Assembly (NCBI GenBank): GCA_002789955.1
Contig: PFUG01000519.1
Coordinates: 1-60,647, forward strand
Direction of reading: 5' to 3'
Length of the DNA: 60,647 nucleotides
DNA from: Deltaproteobacteria bacterium CG_4_9_14_3_um_filter_63_12
GTDB lineage: Bacteria > Myxococcota_A > Bradymonadia > UBA4248 > UM-FILTER-63-12
Made by a program: the position numbers and the translations under genes
Shown: positions 40,901-50,200 of the stretch, in pieces
How the letters are laid out: every line of letters begins with the position of its first letter
How positions within the stretch are numbered: the first letter of the stretch is position 1
The notes under the pieces: model-generated
Databases searched by the model: none
Told to the model about the DNA's origin: nothing
What the model saw: only the letters and a program-made list of their open reading frames with translations

Positions 40901-42004
40901 GAGCGCGCGGTCGGATTCGGACCAGGTCCAAGTCTCACCGACCTTCGCCAACGCCACGTTGCCAGTGACCTCGGGCAGGACCCGTGCGGTGCTGTCGACG
41001 GTCAGCGAGAGTTGACCGACATGGCGTCCCTGGAGGTCTCCAAGCGCCGGAATCTGGTAGACCAGCGCGTCGCGATCGAGTTCGAGCAGGCTAACCCAGG
41101 TGACCTCGACCTCCACGTGCGAGTCTTCTTTGAGCGGGTAGAGTCCGAGGTTGAAGCGCTCGACGCGCCCCGCTCCGAAGTCATCGCGATCGAACTCGTC
41201 CGCGAGCTTCTTCCGAGAATTGTCCGAGCTGTTCGAAACGACCTCAGATTGAACGGTCACGCCACCCAACGTGGCCGTGAGGTCGCGCACGAGGGTGTTG
41301 GGTGGGAGCATGAGCTGGGCGACGCCGATGTGAGCGTTGCAGCAGGGAAGCTTCTGGGCGAGCTCGAAGCTCAGCTTCGCGGTTGTGGTTGCGACGACTC
41401 CAGAGAGAGTGACGCGCAGGTCGATGGAGGTCGGATCCACCTCGATCGGTTTGCTCTGGCCAGGGACGCCAACCTGTAAGATCCCCAGGAATCCTTGACC
41501 AAAGTTACCCTCGGTCTCGAGAGGATCGTAGGCGTCCAGCGTGTAAGCGAAGTCGAGGGGCGGAACTTCTTTCTCTTCGCTTCCCTCGTATCGGACGCCA
41601 AAACCGCTGGGGCCTTCTTTGTTTCCGATGGAGACATTGCCGCTGCCTGCATAGACGTCGATGATCCCGCCCGACTCGGAGCGCAGCCCGACGACGCCGC
41701 CATGTTTGACCATGATGTCGCGGTCGCCGACGGTCAGCGTGGCATCGGCGTCCTCATGGGCCCAGAGCGCCACGCCTTCGCGCAGGACGACGCTCGTCGC
41801 TACGCGCCTCGCTTGAGTATGGGGAGACATCCAGAGGGTCCCCTTACCCCCATCGAAGCTTATTCGTCTGGGCTCGGGGCCGGTCTCATAGTCCTCGCGT
41901 TCGGCTTGGCCACTGGCCACCGAGGGGACCGCGAGCGTTGCGAGGGAGCCGAACGTCAAGAAGAGGACGGCGAGGGTGTTCCAAGTGAATTTTTGGGCGA
42001 TCAT
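37919..42004 (-). CDS. Secreted VIT-vWA-TPR multidomain protein (1361 aa).
   Basis: I chose the start at MIAQKFTWNTLAVLFLTFGSLATLAVPSVASG (signal peptide). It has a FecR-like beta region and a VIT-like region (IDLRVTLSGVVATTTAKLSFE...). A vWA MIDAS motif (LVILVDDSSSVRGS) follows, then a long C-terminal TPR array and a terminal beta domain. Confidence 0.7.
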   Translation of the reverse strand: MIAQKFTWNTLAVLFLTFGSLATLAVPSVASGQAEREDYETGPEPRRISFDGGKGTLWMSPHTQARRVATSVVLREGVALWAHEDADATLTVGDRDIMVKHGGVVGLRSESGGIIDVYAGSGNVSIGNKEGPSGFGVRYEGSEEKEVPPLDFAYTLDAYDPLETEGNFGQGFLGILQVGVPGQSKPIEVDPTSIDLRVTLSGVVATTTAKLSFELAQKLPCCNAHIGVAQLMLPPNTLVRDLTATLGGVTVQSEVVSNSSDNSRKKLADEFDRDDFGAGRVERFNLGLYPLKEDSHVEVEVTWVSLLELDRDALVYQIPALGDLQGRHVGQLSLTVDSTARVLPEVTGNVALAKVGETWTWSESDRALEPGLVLRVPRDGQHTWAGRTDSVDGIFFALELPFEVAQKDAPLDLVILVDDSSSVRGSQRKLANSVAMMLATSLDARRDTLSIARISDKATLLVAAQSKPDLATLDAIEKQLATPSAGGPTDLSEALDLAAALTATKRPEALLQVVYIGDGEPTAGADADAFTALSELTEVGAAALIVEVNGAGRSEYLAEFRTQWTVPTLFASTSASGPVVAARALAHFGTLLRPIGVVDVKANEVLTRNWWNVEPSWSGGSALLLGQFQSQGALFDLPGQFELCLSAPGMSCDAPQLVDLTKATDSRALGYFAVAARMLAAKGVPLYQVDETNDLGVLDNRSIRVLPALTSAFVLAKLEHPAETAWIDNNLDAQPGRAVPLRAAPIPVPDPSDPSGDSTGASSHPLERDPFLKVSPRKQLPLPRIDEVVSGIRGGNTPAYAYTNPTLQPGTVQYALEYQLNYTVDRALVVAREAVLAQYAADPTKAQDFIRAWHELSLKSTSQLYAVQNQMYNNNMLDDGTLASQDINIIDPYYGPEAKKGAITYFMDTKHWKRAEPHLREGHRNTPNDHYYTENLIRLLKATGRTDEVAALEIEDLQRELLNNPDDIDVVDRLLRQLVKAGRIDAANKALAKWGEEGGASPTYFGLQARLALLSGNRSKAAELLSKGLEQFPRSRRLNGLALDGLIEDGQSANAIQFAEQWSEQDPRNAYLAQLIGDLYTRAGDHEGALAAYYGLLELVPDMAVGHIKVGDALNALGRPKDASKSFERALALNPGNFATTLRILEAAAGSGDRKRATEAYDNIRYQNSTESWEAVRARDESFFQLLCKWHADAVYKGDDPAITEIEATMGTMSVDAGIYPNAQRYALRMAFVPENAENGLLINFQVSEPGGTIVSTISPYGSPLGSQLYTLAGKSGPSPRVYILPVAEPGDFRVEITHEGPSNAGPARGKLYLFKTPKPFAEYWEQHNVLIPRVGESFDLTFTIDQLPTGDLTIPPKGTP

Positions 42005-42248
42005 CTCGTGAACCGTTTCTTGTGCAGGGCCGGGGATTCGAGGGGGCAGTTGGCGAGAGCACTTTGCGAACCGCTGCGTCACCGTTTCGGTCTCTCTTCT
42101 CTGAAGAAAACTCCCAGGAGAAACCTCTCGATTTTGCCCAGGCATTTCTGCCGGAATAGGGTCGTCACTGCACCGCGGAGCACGGCGATTCACCGCCCGA
42201 CAGTGTTGAGAGCCGTGCCGTCGGAAAAGCGCCAGGGAGGCCAAGCAT

Positions 42249-42593
42249 ATGCAGTTGCAGGGACAAACACCAGGACACCCGTTTCATTATGAGCCCGGTC
42301 GCGAGGGGAAACTGGCCGGCGAGGTGCTGGTCGCCTTCGAGCCCGGCGGCGAGCTGATGTCCTTCGACGCCGTGGACATCGAGCCTACTGCGATGTTCCT
42401 CGTGAGCGACCACTTGTTCGGTGTGGGCGAGGAGCTCTTTGTCTCCTTCGAGTCCCCGTCTGGACCTCGCGTCGAGGTCCGAATGGAGGTCGTCGAGGTC
42501 GACATGGGTCCGCTGGCCGGGATGCGCGTCGCGAAACGTAACACCGCTCGGCGGTGGCGCGAGCAGATGGGCGAAGCGCTGGTCCGCAGCTGA
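42249..42593 (+). CDS. Small hypothetical protein, possibly a PilZ-like beta-barrel.
   Basis: Third codon positions are strongly GC-rich, so it appears to be a real CDS. The segment FDAVDIEPTAMFLVS...EELFVSFE loosely resembles PilZ, but no RxxxR or DxSxxG motifs are visible. Confidence 0.35.
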   Translation: MQLQGQTPGHPFHYEPGREGKLAGEVLVAFEPGGELMSFDAVDIEPTAMFLVSDHLFGVGEELFVSFESPSGPRVEVRMEVVEVDMGPLAGMRVAKRNTARRWREQMGEALVRS

Positions 42594-42624
42594 CCGAGTT
42601 CACTCGGCTGGGTTGGTGCTGGAG

Positions 42625-43794
42625 TTATTGCTGGGCGCAGTGCTCTGAGAGGTCGCTGAGCCCAGTCCAGCGGCGGTCATCCCCACAGGCCGGACAGCTG
42701 GCCTCCCGCTTGAGCTTGAGGGTCTGGAACGAGCCGGCGAGGCCGTCGAAACAGAGCAAACGGCCGACCAGCGGCGCACCTACCCCGAGGATCAGCTTGA
42801 TGGCCTCAGTGGCCTGCAAGACACCGATCACACCGGGCAGAACCCCAAGGACGCCGGCCTCTTGGCAGTTGGGAGCCAGCTCTGGTGGTGGGGCTTCAGG
42901 GTAGAGGCAGCGGTAGCAAGGCCCTTCGGGGGGCGAGAACACCGTGACCTGTCCTTCGAAACGGTAGACCGAGCCGTGGATGTTGGGCAGTCCGAGGTGG
43001 ACACAGGCGTCGTTGACGAGGTAGCGCGTCGAAAAGTTGTCCGCGCCGTCGATGACCAAATCGTAGCCGTCTATGATCGAGAGCGCGTTCTCGGCAGTGA
43101 GGCGAACTCCGTAAGGGATCACCGCGACGTCGGCGTTGAGGGCGTTGAGGGTCTCGCGAGCGGAGTCGACCTTCGAATCGCCGATTCGTCGGCTGCTGTG
43201 GAGGATCTGCCGCTGCAGATTCGAGGCGTCGACCACGTCACTGTCGACGATGCCCAAGGTGCCGACACCAGCGGCGGCGAGGTAGAATGCGGCGGCGCTG
43301 CCAAGCCCTCCGGCGCCGAGGAGCAAGACCTTTGCGTCCAAGAGCTTCTGTTGGCCCGCGTCGCCAACCTCAGGGATTCTGAGGTGCCGACCGTAGCGAA
43401 CGCGCTGCTCAGCACTGAGTGTACGCTCGATGTGCACCGGGAAACCCGCGCGTTTCCAGCCCTCAAACCCCATGCGCAGCACTTTGGCGCGGCTGTAGCC
43501 GAGCTCCTGCAGCCGCTTGACCGCGAATGCGGAGCGCGTATCGCCGGCACAGTAGACCAGCAGTTGGGTGCCGCGGTCTGGAACCATGGCCTCGATGCGC
43601 AGCTCGAGCAGTCCGCGCGAGAGCCACACGGCGCCGTCGAGATGGCCAGCGTCGAACTCCTCTCGCTCTCGGACGTCGAGAAAGACGAGCGCGGGCTGTT
43701 CTGCACGGTTTCGCCACAGCGTGTGGGCCGCCCCGGGCTCCACGAACTCAACCTCGGTGCGAACTTGCTCGAGCATCTCTGTGAACGATGGCAT
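42625..43794 (-). CDS. ThiF/MoeB-type E1-like adenylyltransferase with an N-terminal rhodanese domain.
   Basis: I chose the start at MPSFTEMLEQ, with a GGAG site 7 nt upstream. The ORF track begins at the TTG at 43842. The rhodanese domain contains VFLDVREREEFDAGHL...YCAGDTRS. The E1 domain contains RYGRHLRIPEVG..LLLGAGGLGSAAAFYLAAAGVG..DVVDASNLQRQ. The CYRC and CPAC pairs are present. Confidence 0.8.
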   Translation of the reverse strand: MPSFTEMLEQVRTEVEFVEPGAAHTLWRNRAEQPALVFLDVREREEFDAGHLDGAVWLSRGLLELRIEAMVPDRGTQLLVYCAGDTRSAFAVKRLQELGYSRAKVLRMGFEGWKRAGFPVHIERTLSAEQRVRYGRHLRIPEVGDAGQQKLLDAKVLLLGAGGLGSAAAFYLAAAGVGTLGIVDSDVVDASNLQRQILHSSRRIGDSKVDSARETLNALNADVAVIPYGVRLTAENALSIIDGYDLVIDGADNFSTRYLVNDACVHLGLPNIHGSVYRFEGQVTVFSPPEGPCYRCLYPEAPPPELAPNCQEAGVLGVLPGVIGVLQATEAIKLILGVGAPLVGRLLCFDGLAGSFQTLKLKREASCPACGDDRRWTGLSDLSEHCAQQ

Positions 43795-44088
43795 CGAAGG
43801 CTCCGTTTCGAGTTCTCTTGCTGGCCGTTGACCGCTAGACAAGAATGTCTACGTGGCTGGCCGCATAGCGAACTTAGTTTACTCTCGATGGGTGACGAAT
43901 TCGCGCCCGACTCGGAACAGAGGCGACTCGAAGCGAGCCCCCTCACGTCCTCGCGCTCGCGGTGGGGTCTAAGTGGTAAGAAGGCTGTAACGACTCCGAG
44001 ACGGATTTGCAACTTTCCATTTTTCCGGAGGTTGCGCATACTCGGCCGCAGTTCACTCGCGCCTACGAACCCGTTGGAAAGTTGAGAC

Positions 44089-46185
44089 ATGCGCCGTTTA
44101 GGAATCCCATCCGCCGTACTCTTGTCCAGTGGCTTGCTTGCACTGTCCATCGCCGCATGCGGTCCGCCCTCGGCGACCCGCAGCGCGATTTCCGTCGCGG
44201 AGGCACCGGCCAAACCGGGGCCGATGGAGAGCATCCTCCCCTTCTGGGGCCATCGTTCCCCGGTCGATGCGCTGGCGTTCGGTCCCGCAGGAGAGGTCTT
44301 GTACTCGTCGGCGCCAGGCGAAGAAGTGATCGCCTGGAACCCGCATACTGGGCTGCCCATTCGCAAGTATCGGGGAGACATCGGCGACAAGATCACGGGC
44401 CTCGTGATCGATCCAAAGGCGCGCTTCGTCGCCGTCGCGGACCGACACAAGGTCACCTTCTGGGAGCCCTTGAGCGGCAACAAGCTCCGCTCAGTGGAGC
44501 TCCCTCCTGGCGAGCGTCCCGGCGACAAGGACGAGGAAATTACCGTGGTCACTGGAGCGGGCAACCCCGACTTCCTGTTGATCGGTGACAACCTCGGTCG
44601 GCTGTTGGTGGTGGACATCGAGAAGGGCACCTCACAAAAGTCCTACCGCACCAGCCTCGGGCCTATCCTCTCGCTGGCCTCTGGCAACACCTGGGCGGTC
44701 CTCTCCGACAAGAAGACCACAATGGTAATCGACCTGACCAGACCCTCGGTGCCCGTTCCCGTGCTCGGAGTGCTGGACGGACTGGGCATCAAGGACCTCG
44801 CGAAGTTCGATGACCGGGTCGTCGGAACCGACGACGAGAACCTGCTGTTCTGGGGGCCAGACTTCAAAGACAACGCCCGCGCCATCAAGAGTGACGGCAT
44901 GGGAGACTTGAAAGTCGACGAGGCCATGCAACGGGCCCTGTCTGTGAATGGGTCCGGCGGCCTCGACCTGTGGGATCTCAAGAAGAAGAAGAAGCTCGAC
45001 ACCGTCTATGAAAACACCGACATCCCCTGGGTCGTTGCCATCGACCCTACCGGTGAGTTCGTGGCTTCGGCGGAGCAGAACGGCATCGCCATCCGTAAGA
45101 TCGACGGCGGCCCAATTGCCTTTGACCTGCACAACGCCATCGTGCCTCAATTCCTAATGTTCGAACCAGGGACCCACCGCTTCCTCACTGCCGGGAATGA
45201 CGGGCGGCCAGTGCGCTACGATCTCAAGCGCCCCACCTCCATCGAGCCCTTCGTCCAAATGGACGGGCCCATCGTCGACGGCGCGTTGGACGTCGACGCC
45301 AACGGCTTCTACGCCAGCACGACTCAGGGCGACGTCGTCGTGTTCGACTACGCGAAGGGAAAGATCGCCCACACCTTGGCGCCAGACGTCGGACCTCGCC
45401 CGCACATCGCGCTCGGTGGGAGCCGCATCGCGCTGGTGTCAGAGCGACGTGGCCTGGTCGCCGACGGCAAGGGAGAGCTCGTGGTCTGGGACTTGGTCAA
45501 AGACGACGCCCTCGGACGGCTCAATGTCACGGACGCCATCGACGTCGAATTCACCGCCGCCACGAGCAAGGTCTTCTACGCCAACAAAGCCGCCTCTGTC
45601 GAGAGCTGGAGCTACGACAATCAGCAGCGCAAGCAGGTCTACGACTCGCTCAACAGCAAAGCCAGTCGGCTGCGCATGGCGCCCGGCGGCACAATGATGG
45701 CCCTGTGCGGCGACAAGGGCGTGAGCTTCTTCAACCTCAACCTCGACATCCTCTCCGGCGCCAAACTGCCCAACGCCGTCGAGGTCGCCTTCGCCTACGA
45801 CGGGACGCGCGCCGTCGCCGCCACAGCCGACAACGGCGTGTACCTCATCTACTTCGAAGGCGACCAAGTGCGCACCGAGCCAGTCGTCACCACACCCACT
45901 CCGGTCATGACCCTCTCGATCTCCAGCGACAACCGCTTCTTGCTGGTCGGGGAGTCGAGAGGGACCGTCGCCATCTTCGACCTCAGCCAAAAGAGCACCA
46001 AGCCCATTGGCACCCTGCAAATCCTGGACGACGAGAGGTGGGTGACGTTCGACCCCAAAGGCAGCTTCGTCGGGGTTCCCAGAGACGAGATTCGCTTCGA
46101 CGTGCAGGGCGAAATCGTGACCGCCGTGGGCGCGGGTTACGAGTGGAAGCGGGCCTCCGGAGAGATCTACTCCATCTTTCGCTAG
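44089..46185 (+). CDS. WD40 / beta-propeller repeat lipoprotein.
   Basis: It has a lipobox (LLALSIAA|C). Many repeats of about 40 aa follow, with motifs such as AF.P.G, VWD/LWD and D..V..WD. Confidence 0.6.
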   Translation: MRRLGIPSAVLLSSGLLALSIAACGPPSATRSAISVAEAPAKPGPMESILPFWGHRSPVDALAFGPAGEVLYSSAPGEEVIAWNPHTGLPIRKYRGDIGDKITGLVIDPKARFVAVADRHKVTFWEPLSGNKLRSVELPPGERPGDKDEEITVVTGAGNPDFLLIGDNLGRLLVVDIEKGTSQKSYRTSLGPILSLASGNTWAVLSDKKTTMVIDLTRPSVPVPVLGVLDGLGIKDLAKFDDRVVGTDDENLLFWGPDFKDNARAIKSDGMGDLKVDEAMQRALSVNGSGGLDLWDLKKKKKLDTVYENTDIPWVVAIDPTGEFVASAEQNGIAIRKIDGGPIAFDLHNAIVPQFLMFEPGTHRFLTAGNDGRPVRYDLKRPTSIEPFVQMDGPIVDGALDVDANGFYASTTQGDVVVFDYAKGKIAHTLAPDVGPRPHIALGGSRIALVSERRGLVADGKGELVVWDLVKDDALGRLNVTDAIDVEFTAATSKVFYANKAASVESWSYDNQQRKQVYDSLNSKASRLRMAPGGTMMALCGDKGVSFFNLNLDILSGAKLPNAVEVAFAYDGTRAVAATADNGVYLIYFEGDQVRTEPVVTTPTPVMTLSISSDNRFLLVGESRGTVAIFDLSQKSTKPIGTLQILDDERWVTFDPKGSFVGVPRDEIRFDVQGEIVTAVGAGYEWKRASGEIYSIFR

Positions 46186-46265
46186 CCAGTGCCGCGAAGA
46201 TGACAGGCCCCCCCGAAGCCAGACTCCATCCAACTCCAAGGCCTTTGCGTGCCTTGTTGATGCGT

Positions 46266-47255
46266 CTACAGGAACGAGTTGACGTCCCCAACGTAGACAC
46301 GAACGCGGTGGGCTTCCGGATCCCATCGCGTAAAGAGCTTGGGGTCGTCGCCGTAAGTCAGGATGTCGCGTGAAAGGTCGTCTTTGCCCGCGATCGGGGC
46401 CGCGAACGCCGCCTCGAAGAGGGCTTCGACCTCCTTCTTCTCGGCCTCGTCGGTCTCGAACCAGAACGAGAACCCCTTCACGCCTGCCTCTCCGAACTCG
46501 ACTCCGACCGTCGACGCGCTGTTCTCGAGCTCGAACGGCGGCAGCTCGATTTTGCCGTGGACCTCGTTGGTGCTGGTGTTGGTGTAGAACGTGTATCGCT
46601 GACCGAATTTGGACTTCAGCGCCTCGGCGCGCATGCCGAGCACCCCCTCGAGCGGACCGCCCAGCCCTTTGCCGGCCACGAGAACGCTTTTGGCCGGCGT
46701 GTAGGCGCCGATTTCGAGCGACAACATGTCCTTGTAGCCCGCGTGCTCCGAAGCCTTGGCTCGAATGCCCTTCTCGGCGTCGTACCAGAACTCTTCGGTC
46801 ACGGTCTTCATCGCCCCGGCGGTCGCGAAGTCACGCACCTCGTAGGTGTGGGTGCGGGGCTGCCCCCAACTGGGCACCAAGAGCTCGCCCTTCGCCGTCT
46901 CGGGCACTGTCAGAGCGAGGGCCCGCAGGAATTGCTCCTCGCTCTCCATGACGACAGTACGGGGCTCCATGCTGACATTCTTGCCGTATTCGTCGAGCCT
47001 CAAGGTCTGATACTTGGCCTCCATGAGCTGCGGGGCGACCTTTGTCGCCTCTTCGACGCTCATCCCGAAGGTCAGAGCCGAGACGATGGGCGGAATCGCA
47101 GGCGCAGAGCCGGGGAAGAGCTCCTTGAGGTCCTTCTTCTCCTTCTCCGCCTCTGTGCCCTTCTCGTCCCCTTTCTTCGAGTCGCAACCTTGCAGGCCGG
47201 CGAAAAAAAGACCCAGTAGAATCATTCGACCTAGAAATCTGGTGCCTCTCATCAT
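46266..47255 (-). CDS. Hypothetical lipoprotein.
   Basis: It has a lipobox (LFFAGLQG|C) and a K/E-rich linker, and the amino-acid composition looks natural. The plus-strand alternative (46557-47219) is Arg/Leu-rich and antisense-like. Confidence 0.55.
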   Translation of the reverse strand: MMRGTRFLGRMILLGLFFAGLQGCDSKKGDEKGTEAEKEKKDLKELFPGSAPAIPPIVSALTFGMSVEEATKVAPQLMEAKYQTLRLDEYGKNVSMEPRTVVMESEEQFLRALALTVPETAKGELLVPSWGQPRTHTYEVRDFATAGAMKTVTEEFWYDAEKGIRAKASEHAGYKDMLSLEIGAYTPAKSVLVAGKGLGGPLEGVLGMRAEALKSKFGQRYTFYTNTSTNEVHGKIELPPFELENSASTVGVEFGEAGVKGFSFWFETDEAEKKEVEALFEAAFAAPIAGKDDLSRDILTYGDDPKLFTRWDPEAHRVRVYVGDVNSFL

Positions 47256-47276
47256 GCCGTTCTCACTGTTGTTGCG

Positions 47277-50200
47277 TCACCGCGCGTAGATGCGGATGGT
47301 CGTCCGCGTGTAGTCGGTTCCGCTGAGCCAGTTCGTGCCCGTGATGTCGGCGTTGGTGTACTGGGCGCTGGCGCTGGCGTAGACCCCGATCCCGCCGAGG
47401 TGACCGGGCAGCAGGCAGGTGACCTCGCCAGGGTACTGATTCCACAGCAGGTGGCCGTCGAAGATGTTGCCCGCGTTGTCGCCCCCGTTCCAACAGAAGC
47501 CGTTGGTCGCAGCGCTGCCAAGTGCATAGGTACCCACTCCCTCCTCGTAGGCCGCCCCGACGCCAACGGTGGAGCCCATGAGCGTCGTGATGTCGGCAGG
47601 CTGACACTTCACACCGACGTCCGTGGTCTCGAAGAGTTTGTAGAAGCGGTCTTGCGAATCTAGGCACACGTTGGCGAGCAAGGACTGCGCCCGGACGACC
47701 CCATCATAGCGGCGCTCGATGAGGATCTGAGCGGCCGTGATGTCCATCTCAACCCACGCCAGTGACTTGTAGTCCGCGTCAAGCTTCCCAGGGGCGCCAA
47801 GGGTGTTGGTATCGGACCAATAGCCCAATTGGGTGTTCCAGTTGTCTGCGTCGGCGCCCGAGACCGCCCCCAGGAGGGTCCACCCGCCACCATCGGCCTG
47901 CAGCTCGCAGTAGGCAGGGAACGGAGCGAGCGGGCCGACGTCATTGTCGAGATCGAGGAGGTAGACGCCGTTCTGGGTCGCAGGGGGATGAGCCACGGGA
48001 TCGCTGGGCTCGACGTAGCCCTTGCAGCTGCTGGCCATGGTCCCATCGAGCCAGCTCCCTGGCGCTGCGTCGCTCAGGTCTCCCTGGAACCCTTCGTTTT
48101 CGTTGCGCGCAAAGAAGGAGATCGAGGTGAGGGCCGGGTCGCTTCCGACCAGCCAGTCGGTTTGGGCGATGTCTCCCACCGTGATCGTCGTGTCGCTCGA
48201 CTCAAAGACCCCGATCCCGCCTAGGTGATCGGGCTGCATGCAGTCGGCGCCGGCGGTCTGGTTCCAGACGAAGTGCCCCCGGAACTGGTTGGTGTCCGTG
48301 TCGCCGCCACCCCAGCACAGTCCGTTGGTCCCGTCGCCTCCCAAACCTTGGCTCGCCCCTTCGGCAAAGTTTGCGGCGGCCACCCCGGCGGCTGAGGAGG
48401 TCAGCACCGTGACGTCTGTGGGCTCACAGGCCAGCGTCGAGTCGAAGGTCTGGAAGAGCTGGTCGAAGGTCGAGACCTGGCCGAGGCAAGCGTTCGAGAG
48501 CAGCACCGTGCTGGCCAGGGCACCATCGTAGCGACGTTGCACCATGACCTTGGAGCCGCGCAGGTCCATGGCGTTCCAGGCCGTCGACTTGTAGTCCAAC
48601 CACGGCTCGTCTGCGCTTCCAGTGGTGTTGCCGTCCGACCAGAGGCCAAACTCCGTGTTCCAGCTGTTGGCGTCCGCCCCGGAGACCGTCCCCAACAAGG
48701 TCCAGCCGCCGCCGCTGCTGCTCAAATCGCAGTAGATGGGGGACGGACCGTGCCCAGGGACATCGACGAGGTAGACGCCGTCAATGCGACCCGTGCTGTC
48801 AATGTAATCAGCGTCTTGGAGGTACGCGGCGCAGGCGCTGGGCACGCTGTTGCTGCTCCAATGTGCGGGGTCGGCCTCTGTGAAGGAGCCGTCGAGCCTG
48901 ACCTTTTCGCGAACCATGAAGGAGATCTCGGTCTTCGTGAAGTCGGTGCCCGCCAGCCATGCAGTGCCGGTGATGTCCGTGCTCTCGATGCCGAGGCCCG
49001 ACGCGGCGAAAACGCCGACTCCGCCCAAATGGGTGCCGAGCATGCAGGACGGGTTGGTGACGTCCTGGGTCCAGACCAAGTGCCCTTTGAAGGTGTTGAT
49101 GGCGGTATCCTCGCCGAACCAGCACAAGCCGTTGGTGCTGGCCCCACCCAGACCAAATCCCCCGACGCCTTCCTGATACTGAGCTCCCGCCAGCCCCGCA
49201 GCGTCGCTGGCCAGGGTCGTGATCTCCGTAGCTTCACAAGAGCGCGTAGTGACGTAGCTCTGGAAGATTTGGTTCAAGTGGGTCTTGCCGGCCAAGCACG
49301 TCGGACTGAGCTGACTCTTGGAGCGGATTTGCCCATCGTAGCGCCGTTGAATCACGAACTCCTTGTTCGTCAGGTCCGCCTCAGACCAGCTCCTGGATTT
49401 GTAATCAAGCCAGGGTGAATCGGCGCTTCCAGTGGTGTTTGTGTCGGCCCACAGTCCAAACTGCGTGTTCCAGTGATCGGCGTCCCCCCCTGCCACGGTT
49501 CCTAAGAGCAAAAACCCGCCCGCGGTCATGTCGCAGTATTCTTGCCTAGCGTCGGCGGCGCTCCCACCGTTCGGGTCGAGCCAATAGGCGCCATCCTGTG
49601 CTTGCGGGTTGGCGACGAGCGCTCCTGCGCATGAGGTCGCCGGGCAGAGCGCTCCGGCACCGCTCCATAACGGCTCGCAACCATTGCTGGCGTCGCCGTC
49701 GCAGTCAACAAACCCCGGCAGGCAAGCGATCGTCGCCACCGACACCATCGCTGTGGCCTGACCGCCTCCGACGTCCGTGACCACCAACTGCACGACCGCT
49801 GCGGAATCGAAGTTGTTGGGAGCCACCAGGGTCGCGGTCGTGTTCGAGGGAGTGAGCGTCCATTCTGGGTCGTCTACTGTCCAATCGTAGGTCAATGTCC
49901 CGCCCTCGGGATCGCTGGCCGTGGCCGCGAGAGCGATCGTCTCGCCGGGATTGGCCAGGGCTGGAGTCGCGGTAAGGGCATCGATGACTGGGCTCAGGTT
50001 CATGGTCGTGAGGACTCCGACCGAGCCTGTGTCTTCCCCGCCGTTTCCATCGCGCACGATGACCGAGACGGTGCCTGAGGCGTTGGCGGCGGCCGGTGCG
50101 GTCAGGATGGCCGTTCCGTCCGAGGCTCCAGGGGCAATCGTGTAGCCATTGTCGGCGGAGAACTCGTAGGTCAGCGTGTCACCGTCTGCGTCGTTGGCGA

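Noticed and set aside
43119-44630. A 503-aa minus-strand ORF.
   Set aside because: Its composition is Ser/Arg/Pro-rich. It runs through the divergent promoter region and overlaps two well-supported genes, the E1-like enzyme and the WD40 lipoprotein, in alternative or antisense frames. This is a typical high-GC artefact.
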